In this document: in pieces, positions 24,037 through 35,404 of the stretch
Numbering within the stretch: position 1 is the stretch's first letter
Layout of the letters: the number at the start of each line of letters is the position of its first letter
Assembly (NCBI GenBank): GCA_047967505.1
Contig: CM106538.1
Source: Dipteris shenzhenensis
Lineage: Eukaryota
DNA length: 64,000 bases
Strand: one strand, 5' to 3'
Notes under the pieces: model-generated
What the model was told of the DNA's origin: nothing
Database searches by the model: none
What the model saw: the letters and a program-made list of their open reading frames with translations, nothing else
Translations under genes and position numbers: made by a program

Positions 24037-24630
24037 TTTTTGTGTGGTGAAATCCATGTATTTTTGTATTACAAGAGGCTGTCCCCAAAGTGGAGACCAG
24101 CATATACAAGATCAGAAAATTTCATTGTAAGAAAAGTAGACAATGTAATCTATATGACGAACTGACAGACAATCATAAAAGGATTGCCTGAGAACTCAGC
24201 TATCCACAGCATAGAAAAGAGGGAATAAAGAAACGGGAAGGAAGGGAAGGGGTCACTGCACTCACACACACAAAGCAACACACAGTGAGAAAAAACAGCG
24301 ATGAAAACAAGCTCGAAAAGGCTGGGAGAGAGGAAAAGCATTCGCAGCAGGAGATGGAGGGACTAGGAACCAATTGCGACTATTGCAAAGGGGTAGTAGA
24401 TGCGGGGCACAAGGATTGAAAGGCCCATGGAGCATGGTACAAGGTCGCAACAACCAGTCGGGTCTCCAAAAGGAGGCGCAGTAGATGGAAACATCTTGCA
24501 GCAGAAGTATACAGGTTGCAGGAAGGGCGCACAGAGGGCAGAAATGCAGAAGAAGGTCGTGGGGGTAGGGCAGCAGCCTCAGCCTCCATAGCTCAGCCTG
24601 CAGCCTCCTCTCTCCACACACACCACACAC
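24037..24630 (-). mobile_element. Short (~595 bp) non-coding retroposon, putative non-autonomous family-B derivative
   Basis: On the minus strand it starts GTGTGTGGTGTGTGTGGAGAGAGG (like the L1 #2 start) and ends with a stem-loop and CACACAAAAA. No recognisable protein. Confidence 0.55.
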
Positions 24631-26758
24631 TTTTTTTTTTTTTGTGAGAAGAAATAATTTATTGCTATGAAATAATTACATTCATAGTTACTCCAAAAGC
24701 AGAGTAACTACTACTCAACTGAAATTTTCAGTATAAGCCATATATACATCATGATCGATCAAATGAGTCTTAGAACGATTGCCGCAGAGATCGTTTGAAA
24801 AAAATAGGAAAAGCTGTTGCCGAAGAGGGACTTTATAATGCCAAAGGAGATGCAGCCGCTTTCTCCACCACTTCGATGGGCGATCCATATGCCAAACAAA
24901 ATTGGCTCTGTCAGAAACCCAAGGCGGAGGTAACAACACTTTATACAGAGAAGGCACTGTGATATGTGAGAGCTTCAAAGGACGGGCTGAAGAAGAGGAA
25001 GAATGGAGAGTCCAATCCTCAAGCCTATCCTGAAGTTCCAAACAAGGTACCGGCAAGAAAGGTTGAAGCATTTCTAAAATTTTATGCCATAAAGGATGAT
25101 AATGAGCTCCCAAACCATACTTGCGAGCAGCCGCAGATAAAGATAAAAGAGTGCCATCATTTTAAAGTACATCCGCCACAGAAGAAATACCTTTGAAAGA
25201 TATAAAATAAGAACGCCTAGGTTTTTGTATAGCCAAAGGAGGGTGGAATACTTTGGACCAATAAATATTCTCAGCCCTCAAGGAATTTCCCGACAAAGAA
25301 TCCCTGCCATTCCATTCCAAGTGGGAGAAAATATGCTTCCAATCAAGAAGCAAACGAGAGACAAAAGGGTAGCCTGTGATCTTGCCTTGAATAGAGCCAA
25401 ATAGAAAATCCCACTGTGTAGGCTGCCAATGCCCAAAAGCAGAAGTATCAATATGCAACAAAAGAGAGCGGATCATGAAAGCCCAAGGCTGATCCCCTTG
25501 CATAAACTGCAACATCATTTTCCCCCTGTGAGCAAGTATATGCATTTGAATATTGAGTATGTTCAAACCCTCGTGCATCTTTGGAGAACAGATACGATGC
25601 CTAGAGAGTAATCTGAGACTTTGAACACCAGAAAATCTCCATGATAGTAGACATAAAGGAAACCAGATCTGCCTTAGTAAACATGATGAGGGGTAGATAG
25701 AATTGTATGTATGCTATCAAAATGGATTGCGTTATTCGCAAACGAACATGTAATGGCCAAGTTGCAAGCTTCCAATATTCAAGTTTTGCCCTCAACTTTT
25801 TGAGCACCCACTTAGTTTGTTAAGAATGAGTGAGCCCCCAACCTAGAGGATAGCCAAGATGTCGAATCAATTGAGAAGTTGGAACAATTTCCCCAGGCCA
25901 CAAAAGACTATGCCAGTCTTTAGCATGCAATGGCAATAGCTTGGATTTTCAAAAATTCATATGAAGACCAGCAGCTAAGCCATATGTAGAAAGAGCCTGC
26001 ATAATCAATATATTTTGCATTTTCTATTCCAACATAGGCATTAGCAATGTTGTCTGTGATATGCCTACGAGAAACAAAACCATATTGCGCAAGATGCAAC
26101 CCATCATGCAAATAGCCTTTTATCCGATCAACAATCATTTTGGTAGTAAATTTGTAAATGACTGGCATAAGCATGATAGGTCTCCAATCAGCCAAAGATT
26201 CACAGATTTGCTTTTTGGAAGGAGTTTAACAAGACCTCTCTTCCATGTGTTTGGCATTTTCTAATTTTCTGATTTTCTTCTAGCCACAGCATGGTGTGTA
26301 TGCTCTTGTTGGTGCCACTCTAGGGATTGTATCAATCAGCTTAAGAAGCCCGTACGAAACTTTTTATGGAGTGGTCTAGATGGCACAACTGATGTTACAG
26401 CGAGGGTGGCTTGGGAGACCTTGATTCTTCCTACAAGAGAAGGGGGTTTGAATATCATCGACCCAGATCTACAGTGCAGAGCCCTACTCTGCAAGGTCGT
26501 TGTGAGAGGACTTATGCCAGGGCAAGAGCCTTGGAAGGATTTCTTTATCAGATGCATACAGTCTCGCACGCCCACCTCTGGAGAGGATTAGACACACAGT
26601 ACCAGATGGGTTTTCACCACAGCGCACCTCAGATCTCCCTCTTCCCCTCTTATGGTTGCTATCCTGAAAGCATGGGCTAGCTTCAGGAGTACTCTTCTCA
26701 GGATTCCCCTTCCACCCGTGAAGAGATTGAAAGGCAGCTTGGTAAGCCTTCAGGAAGC

Positions 26759-29700
26759 AAAGTGTTACAATTTTAGTGTGGGACGCTCCTGCGAATGCTC
26801 CCTCCCCTCCCCTGCTCCCGTCTACCCCCCCCTCGCGCTGTGCGGCCCCCTCTCCCCTCCCCCTCCTCTCTCTCCGGCTGCGCCCCTCCGCCCCCCTCTC
26901 TTCCTTCTTCGCCCGCCATCCCCCCCCCCCTCTCCTTCCGTCTCCACCCCTCCGTCCTCTCCCCGCCTCCCCTCCCTCGCGTTGCACTACCACCCCCCCG
27001 CCCCTTCCTCCCCCTCCCCGCTGTTGCGCAACGCTCCCCCCCCCTTTCCCTCCCTCCTCGCCTTTCTTCCCCGCCCCCTCTCGCACTGCGCTGCCACACC
27101 CCCCTCTCCTTCCTCCTCTTCCCCGCCTTGCGCTGCGCTGCCCCCCCCCTCCCTCCTCCTTTCCTTCCCCCTCCGCCATTCGCTCCCTCTCCACCACCTC
27201 TCCTCCCCCCGCTTCCCCGTACTTCTCCATCCCTCCCTCTTTCCTCCCCCGCCTCCGCCCCACTCCCCCCTCCCTCGTCTCTGCCATCTCCTTCCCTGCC
27301 TTTTGGAGCGTTCGCAATTTGTCGGTGCGGTATGGCGGCCGTGAGCCCAGAACCGGTGGCCCAGACGAACCCCCCTTCCATCAGCCTACTACATAACACT
27401 GACAGAGCATCAGGTCTCCTTGGTGAAGCAGGCCGCCACGGACTTCTTCCAGACGTCCGTTTATGGGAGAGTCATTGGCTACGCCCCTTCATGAGCAGAC
27501 ATCAGGGACTGGTTGCAGTCCACCCTCTACCTTGAGGACAGCCACATTGAGGAGGTCGCACTCATGGGACGTGGTATCTTCTGGCTCAAGCTCTCCTCCT
27601 CACAGGCTGCGAGCGATATGGTCAGACGGTCTTCTACTTCTGTGGGTGGGAAGATCATCCTTATGGTCCCATGGTACAGGGGTTTCAGTGTAGCGGACTT
27701 CGATGCCCGCTTCCGCATTCCTCGCCATCCAGCTACCCTCATTTTCCCAAGCCTCGCAATCGAGCTTCGCCCGATCATCAAGGACCTGGGGGCGCACTTT
27801 GGCTGGCTCATGCAGGACACCTTCGTTGATGCGGTGGCAGCCCAAGGGGTGCCACATGTCAAAGTGGCAATCCTAGATCCACAGAGTATCCCCTCGGAGT
27901 TCGAGATTGAGACGGACACAAGTGTGGTGACGCAGCGCATTATGGACACTGGTCGCCCAGACCAGTGTCTGAGATGCCACGGCTTCGGGCACCAGGCGCT
28001 CTCCTACCCTCGCTTTACGAGGACAGATCCTCAGATGGCCCCCATCCAGGCAACTCAGGATCCCCCCCGCCAGGCATCAACACCCCCTCCCGAAGGGGAA
28101 GGCTGGACTGAGGTCAAAAGAAAACGGAAAGGAAACAAAACAGGACCAAAAAAGCCTTCCCATCTACAGCAAGAGACCCCTGTGGTGACCAATCAGCAGT
28201 AGCCCGGCAAGGGGAAGGAGAAAGGGAAGGAGGAGATCAGCCAGCCTCCCCCTCATCCTTCACCCCGCCCCCCCCTCCCCCCTGCTTCTCGGTCCCCCTA
28301 CCTCCCCCCCCTCCAGGATCCCGCCCAGCACCTTTGGTTTCAGCCCCCCTCTCTCCCTCGAGCATAATCCCGAGGGAACCCCCCCTTCCGCCTGCGGCCC
28401 CGAAGCCAGCACAGACCTCCTCCGCGCCTATCCCTCTTGGCGCGGTGGAGGGGAGAGGCCCTTCCCCGCAAATGGCCAGCACTACTCCAGCTTGTTCAAC
28501 AGCCAGCACCCCTCTTTCTGATTCAGACTCCTCATCCTCGTCCCCACACCCAAGGGCAGCTCCTAGAGCTCTACCTTTGGAGTTTTACCGAGCAGGACCT
28601 TGGGATTATTTGGATGCAGCGGGTATTGGCTCCTTCCCTGCATGCCTAGACATCAGCATCTTCTTCCTCCGAAAGGGGGCGGAGGGTAAGCTGTCCGTCC
28701 TTGCCCCCCATGATGGTCCTAGCTATTCCTTCACTATCACCAATGACGGGAATGAGCAATGGACGAATGAAAATGTTTGGGAGACGATTCGAGATCAGTC
28801 CCAGGAGCAGGTGCAGGACTGGATCGGTAGCAGAGCAGCGGAGCTTCTTCAGCAACAGTGGAAGGAGGGTGACGTTCGTCTGAGATGGCGCCACAGCGCC
28901 AAACGATTCCGCCTTTTGGTCATCATTCGACCGCCTCTGGAGTGGATGTACGCAGAAGGGCTGCGCCCGTGGAGGACCTCAGAGGTAGCGGGCTTCTACA
29001 GTATTTCCCTGGCGGAGACTTCGAGTTGGTTAGAGAGAGCTTACCACCATGGGACGAAGGGCCTCTCCCCTCTGTTGAAGGTTTTAGAGGATGGGTCCGA
29101 TGATCCGGCCTCTCCTTCGAAACCCTCACAGAAGCGCCTTCGTCTGCACACTGGACATCCTCCGACCACCTCGACATCGACCGCAAGCAGACAGCTGTTT
29201 GTGGCCCATCTCCCCTCTTCATGAGTATACGCATTATCTCTTGGAACGTCAACGGGTTCCGCTCATCAGGAACCCGCGGCCCCAAGAAGATGGTGCTCAG
29301 ACAGGAGCTCCAGCCAGCCTTGGTGGGAAGGGTAGATGTGCTCCTATTGTAGGAACACAAGCTTTCGGCTTCTCAGACCAGCAAGTGTGGGAAGGTCCTC
29401 ACAGGACGCTCCCACACCTACTGGGAACCTTCGATTGGCGAGCAGGGGAGGAGCGGGGGTGTCTGTACCTCCATCGACGCTTCTCTAGTTCAGCATGTGT
29501 GTGGTTTTGGAACCCTGATCCCAGGGCGAGCGCTTTGGGTGGGCTTGAATATTGAGGGATCCCGCATCGGCATCCTCAATATCTATGCCCCGACCGACCT
29601 TAGATGGAGAGCCGCTTTCTGGAGCTCTTTGACAGACTTATTGCCAGAGATGGATTCTTGGATTGTAGGAGGGGACTTCAATAACCTTGAGACTTTAGAG

Positions 29701-32700
29701 GATCAGCAGGGACGGGGCCCAGAGTTCCTCGGTATAGCTCAGGCGGAGCAGGTAGATTGGGACTCCTTGTTCGCTGTGGGAGGTCGGGACAGCTAGAGGG
29801 AGCCTTCCTTTTGCAAATGGACAGGGAGTCTGAACTTCTCTTGGGGTTACAGGAGGGAGGGAGGCAGACTTCTGGAGCGGTTGGACTGTTTCTATGTCAG
29901 CGATTGGGCGCTAGGCAGAGGTGGAGAGTTACGAGTGGTTCCAAGGACGACCCTCTTTGACCAGCCTTCCTTTTGCAAATGGACAGGGAGTCTGAACTTC
30001 TCTTGGGGTTACAGGAGGGAGGGAGGCAGACTTCTGGAGCGGTCGGACTGTTTCTATGTCAGCGATTGGGCGCTAGGCAGAGGTGGAGAGTTAGGAGTGG
30101 TTCCAGGGACGACCCTCTTTGACCATGCCCCAGTCATCCTAGTCCTGGACTCAGCCTCTCACTCCTTACCTCCACGCTTGTGCCGGATCCTAGACTCCAT
30201 CTACTCCAGAGCAGCGGTTCAAAGCAGGATAGTGGACCTGTGGGAGCAGGATTGGGACCCCATGGGGAATATGGCAGCTCAGGTAGCTCAGGTTCTTGCC
30301 GAGTCTAGTCTCATATGTCAGTAGGAGGCGATTCAAGTCAGGCAGCAGTGGTGGGCGAAGGAGAGGGGTCTCAGATGAGATCTTGCCTCGATACAGGGGA
30401 TGCAGCAGTCTTCTCCAGGCTCTGAGGAGCTCAGACGACAGGAGGTTAGAGCCCGAGCCATGCTAGAGGAGATCACCCAGCGACGCTCAGAGTTCTCGTT
30501 TCATGCTTCCAAGTCCTTTTGGACTAGGAAAGGCGACAGGATGTGCAGAGAGTTCTTAAGGACTCATGGCCAGAGGTCAGCAGGGGAACAGCTCCGATCT
30601 CTTAGAGCGTAGGATGGTAGTGTCAGGACAGATCTAGACGAGGTCCGGGACTTGGCGACAGATTTCTACAGATCCTTGTTCCAGCAAGAGCCCCCAAACC
30701 CTCGTGCCCGCCACTGCAGGGAGGAGGTGTGGAGATATACACCGTCGCTCGTGCAACCTAGCATGAGTGAAACCCTTCTCGCCCCTTTCACCGTGGCAGA
30801 GATGCAGGATGCGATGAGCGCTATTGATGGACAGAAATGCCCAGGTGAGGATGGGCTCCCTAGAGCTTTCTTCACCACCTTTGGGGAGCAGGTCCACCAG
30901 CCCTTGCTCGTAGCCTTCCAGCATATCTTCTCTAGTGGACAGATGCCAGAGAGGCTTGATTTGCCTCATCCCCAAAGGGGGGGACCGTCAGGAGATCAGA
31001 CAGTGGCGCCCTATCACCCTCCTCCCGACTGCCTACAAAATCCTCGCCAAGATGATCAGTAGCCGCATCCGCCCCCTGCTACATGACTTGATCCATGACA
31101 CCCAGACTGGTTTTCTCCAAGATTGCAGCATTTTGGATAACATTTTCACATTCTCAGAGGCGACGGAGTGGGCCCAGCACAGTGGCCAGCACCTTGCCAT
31201 ACTCCTTCTTGACTTTGAGAAGGCGTACGACAAGGTAGACTGGTCCTTCTTGGAAGGTACACTCTCTCGGTTCGGTTTTCCGGACGAGTGGATCAGAGGT
31301 ATTACTAGTCTCTACAGGTCGGCCTCCAACCGGGTTATCATCAGCGGCAGGATGGGGGAGAGATTCACCCTCGAGCGCTCGGTGCGTCAGGGCTGCCCAC
31401 TTGCACCCTACCTCTTCCTATTTTTTGCGGAGGCCATGACTCACTTCCTACGAGTCCGTACCACTGGTCTTCGAGGGATGCGCCTCCCTATTCGGGACGA
31501 TGCAGAACTTTTGGACTCCGAGTATGCAGACGACACGGCCTTGTATGTGCAGGATGATATCGAGTCACTAGAGCGAGTGAGACTGTCTTTAGAGGTTTTT
31601 TGCCTAGCCGCTGGGGCGAAAATCAACTGGCGTAAGTCAGTTGGTTTTCTTACGGATCCGGGAGCCTGCTCACAGTGGGGTATTTTCCTGGGGTCTCGCT
31701 GGATCCCTAGAGGACAGACGACACGTTACTTGGGATTCCAGGTAGGTCTGGATATCACGCCGGCTCAGCAGTTCTTACCGGTCCTAGTCTCCATACGACG
31801 GAAGCTAGCCTTTTGGAGCACGGCTCGGCTATCTTTGGCAGGCAAGGCCCTTGTGGTCAACCAGGTCCTTCTTGCCACCGCTTGGTACGTGGCATCTTGC
31901 TGGTGTTTCTCGAGATTGTGTGTAGCCTAGCTGAGGAGACTGGTGCGGAACTTTCTTTGGTCTGGCTCAGATGGTTCCGGCACCACCAGAGCCCGGGTCG
32001 CCTGGCAGACGGTCATTCTCCCCCATACAGAGGGCGGTCTTGGCATCATAGATCCAGAACTGCAGAGTCAGGCATTACTTGGCAAGTTAGTCATCCGCGG
32101 TCTGACCCCAGGAGGGCAGACGTGGAAGCTCTTGCTTCAGCATGGTCTCAGCGCGTGTACCTCCCAAAGAGGGGGTGATTGGCAGCCGTCTATCCGGTGG
32201 ATTTTCACTTCTGCCCCACTGACTCAGCCCCGTTCTCCCTTCCTCCGTAGCCTCGTCTCGGTCTAGAGGAAGCTGCAGCACAGCCTCTCTCAGGTTCCCC
32301 CCAGCTGCCGAGAGGAGATAGACAGACAGCCCCTAATCTAGAGCAGCCAGGTGACTGATGATACATGTCGCTTTGGGCGCGTGGGCCTGCGCGCTCGCTC
32401 CGGGTTTGGAGGGACGTCTATAGCCAGTTGAGCCCAGGCGAGCTGGCAGCAGCAGTAGGTACGGCACGTGGGATCCAGATGCGACGAGCGGAGATTGATG
32501 CTGCCATCCCTGCAGGTTGGAGGATTCCCATGATCACCAGACAGCTCCTCCTGGGAGATGAGAGGTGGCTAGGGCAGTTCACACCCCGTGGCATTTCTTT
32601 GGTGGTTGCAGGCCTTTTCTCGGACTCCTCGATTCACTTCTTCTCCGTCGCTGATGATAGCCGTCACCAGAGCAGAGAGGCCGTGATCGAACCCCAGCTT

Positions 32701-33845
32701 CACTGGCAGCGCCTTCGCATCATAGGGCTGCAAGGGAAAACGTGGCATATAGATCCCCTGATTATGCAGGACCGGGACTAGAGACTCTGGATTTGGGAGG
32801 GCCGCTCCTTGATAGAGGTGGAGTGGGACCCAGGGGAGTGGCGCTGGCCACCACTGGAGACCTCAGAGAACCCTACCCCCTTCTTCTCATACAGTGCGCG
32901 TATTGGTAGGCGTGCTCTTGGGGCTCTCCAGCACAGGCTACCCACACAGGCACATAGTTGGTATGCCCAAGGGATATCTCTGGTTTTTCTTCGTACATTC
33001 TGGAAGACTCTTTGGGCAAGCTGGCGGCCGAGGAAGATCTCTTACTTTCTTTGGATGGTGGCCCACAAGGGGCTACCAGTTGGCAGCTGGCTGAGGTAGA
33101 TGGGGCAGGAGGGGCACTGCCAGATGTGTTTTCAGGAGAAGTCCCTGAAGCACTGCCTCTGGAGTTGCTCGCATGCTCAGACAGTGTGGAGAGTCATGGG
33201 GATCTTAGCGAGGGCTGCACCCGAGCTAGGACCGGTCACTTGGGGAGCCGTTTGCTGGTGCAGCACCGAGATGGGACATCACTTGGCTTATGAGTTCTGT
33301 AGGCAGGATCCAGTTTTCTTCATCACGCAGGCCACCTGGGCATACATGGACAGCTTCCCTTGGCATCTGACAGAGACAGATGCAGGAGCGATGACTCAGC
33401 ACCCAGTTTGGGAGATCATAGGGAGTATTGTAGGCTGGCATATCTGGACTTTCAGATGCGCGCAAACCTTAGGAGATCAGGCTTCTTCTGCTACCCAAAC
33501 CCTAGCGGACATTTGGAGCACGATCATTCACACGCTCAAGGGTCAGTGGGATCAGATTTAGGGGGAGTCCCGGGCAGGGAAGGAGAAGAGACGGCGCTTC
33601 CTTCGGGACTGGGACCATCGAGAGCTGTTCTTCCAGCACTCTGCTCAGAGTCTTCTGTGGCATTACTCCCCCCCACCGTGGCTGTTTGTCCACACTCCGA
33701 TGATTATGCCCTGAGAGGCTTGTAATTAGTATTTTGTTACCACGGGATGTATCCGTTTTGTGATTGCAGCCCGCTGGCCTTTAGGCCCTCTTGTATTCTC
33801 GTTTTCAAGCAATATAAGTAGCACTACTTTTTGCGCAAAAAAAAA
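26759..33845 (+). mobile_element. L1 #4 (family C), full length with 15-bp TSD
   Basis: TSD AAGCCTTCAGGAAGC at 26744-26758 and 33846-33860. C-rich 5' UTR; ORF1 ~27332-29224; ORF2 29221-33714 (APE, RT with EYADDT, Zn finger); poly(A). Confidence 0.96.
29801..30124 (+). repeat. 162-bp in-frame tandem duplication in the L1 #4 endonuclease
   Basis: Units 29801-29962 and 29963-30124. Single copy in L1 #5. Confidence 0.92.
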
Positions 33846-35404
33846 AAGCCTTCAGGAAGCTTCCTGCAGATCAACAGGCCCAATTGGTTCTTAATCTCAG
33901 AGGGAGTGCAGGGAGAGTCCAACAGATTGATGCAGCCTTGCCCTTGGATTGGGTGGACACAGATGATATGCCTATTACTTGCTCCACCTGGATGGGGGTT
34001 TTTCTAGATTAGGCTGTCCAAATCCACAGATGATATCTTGTTGGAGGTACCGTTTCAGCCAGTCAAGATAGTGGGCTTCATGGAGCATGGCTCTCTCTCA
34101 CATTGGTACTTGGATCTTGACCCGCTTCTCATCGCCCTGGGCTCATGGAGGCTGTGGCTCTATGGAGGTGTCCCAATTAAGTTTTTGTAGTGGGACCCTG
34201 GGGAATGGGAATGGATAGAGGAAGGGCACGGAGAGAAGGGCATGCCCTTCTTTCGTTACACGGTCAATAATGCCAGGAAATTCCAGCTCAGCTATAGGGG
34301 TTAGAGGCCTACCAGAGCTCATCATTGGGAGAACTTTCAGATTTTTGCTGACTTGCAGAAATTTTTTTGGCAAAGGCTCTGGAAATCCCACCGGAATAGA
34401 AAAATCACTCTTCTTTTGGCTTTCTATTCATGGTGGGATAGCAGTGAAATAATGGAGATCTAGGTTTGGAGTTGATCCTTCTTGCCCTCATTGCCTTTCT
34501 GCTTTGGAGACAATACAGCACTGCCTTTGGGATTGCAGACAGGCGAGAATCATATGGAAGGGTATTGCAAGACTTTTCAGCACTTTTGTTCGCCTACCCT
34601 TCTTCATGACCTGGGGATTAGTGGCTTGGCTCACTCTTTCAGGGCCCTAGGTCTTCTTTGAGAGACTTGACTCCTCTTAGGCTCTTCACATCCGACGACA
34701 TCTTGTGGAGTCGTGCTCTCTAGAGGATGTTCCGGCCACTCTCTTCAGAGCTGCTCATTCCTCGGTTGACTCTCCATGGGAGATCTTAGCTAGCATTGCA
34801 GCATGGCACATTTGGAGAGCAAGATGCACTGAGGTTGTGGAGGGTTCTCAGGTTCACCCTTCTCATATCTTGGCCAGTACTTGGACAGATACGGTACTCA
34901 CTCTGATGGCCATTTGGGCGACCATGCAAGGATCATCTCAAGCAACCTCCTCCAGGAGAGTTACTTTTCTCAGAGATTGGAGAGACTCTCCCTTCTTTGC
35001 TGAGACTTCTACAGGGTTGACTTGGCATTTTCAGCCTCAGCCTTGGTTTCTTTCTACCTCATTCCTCTGAGGTGTTTTCATTACATGCTTAGCATGTTGT
35101 ATTTCCGCACAGAGCTTGCTCTAGCGAGTTTCTTTCTTAATAGAAGTCTCCTTTTTGTCAAAAAAAAAAAAAAAGAATTCACCATATGCAGCAAAGTATG
35201 CTTCAAAAGAGGCCAACATTCTTAAAAAAACTCAACTGTAAGACCATCCCATCTTGGAGATTTCCATTTACCACAAGATTGGATTGCATCTGACAATTCC
35301 CTTCTAGTAAAAGGTTCCTCCAATTCCAAAGCTTGAGTAGTGGAGATAATAGGAGAAACATGCTGTAAAAGTAAATTTCTTGCAGACAAAACCTGCTGTG
35401 AGGG

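Larger units (their letters stand above)
26281..35174 (+). mobile_element. L1 #3 (family A) 5'-truncated copy (26281-26758 plus 33846-35174), inserted in L1 #6 and interrupted by L1 #4
   Basis: Collinear with L1 #1 from 12731 onward (VAWETLILPT.EGGLNIIDPDLQCRALLCK ... WHFQPQPW). Poly(A) 35160-35174. Confidence 0.9.

Noticed and set aside
26484-27535. 200-277 aa ORFs in several frames
   Set aside because: Read-through of the C-rich L1 5' UTR. The same applies to the N-terminal half of ORF 8327-9145.
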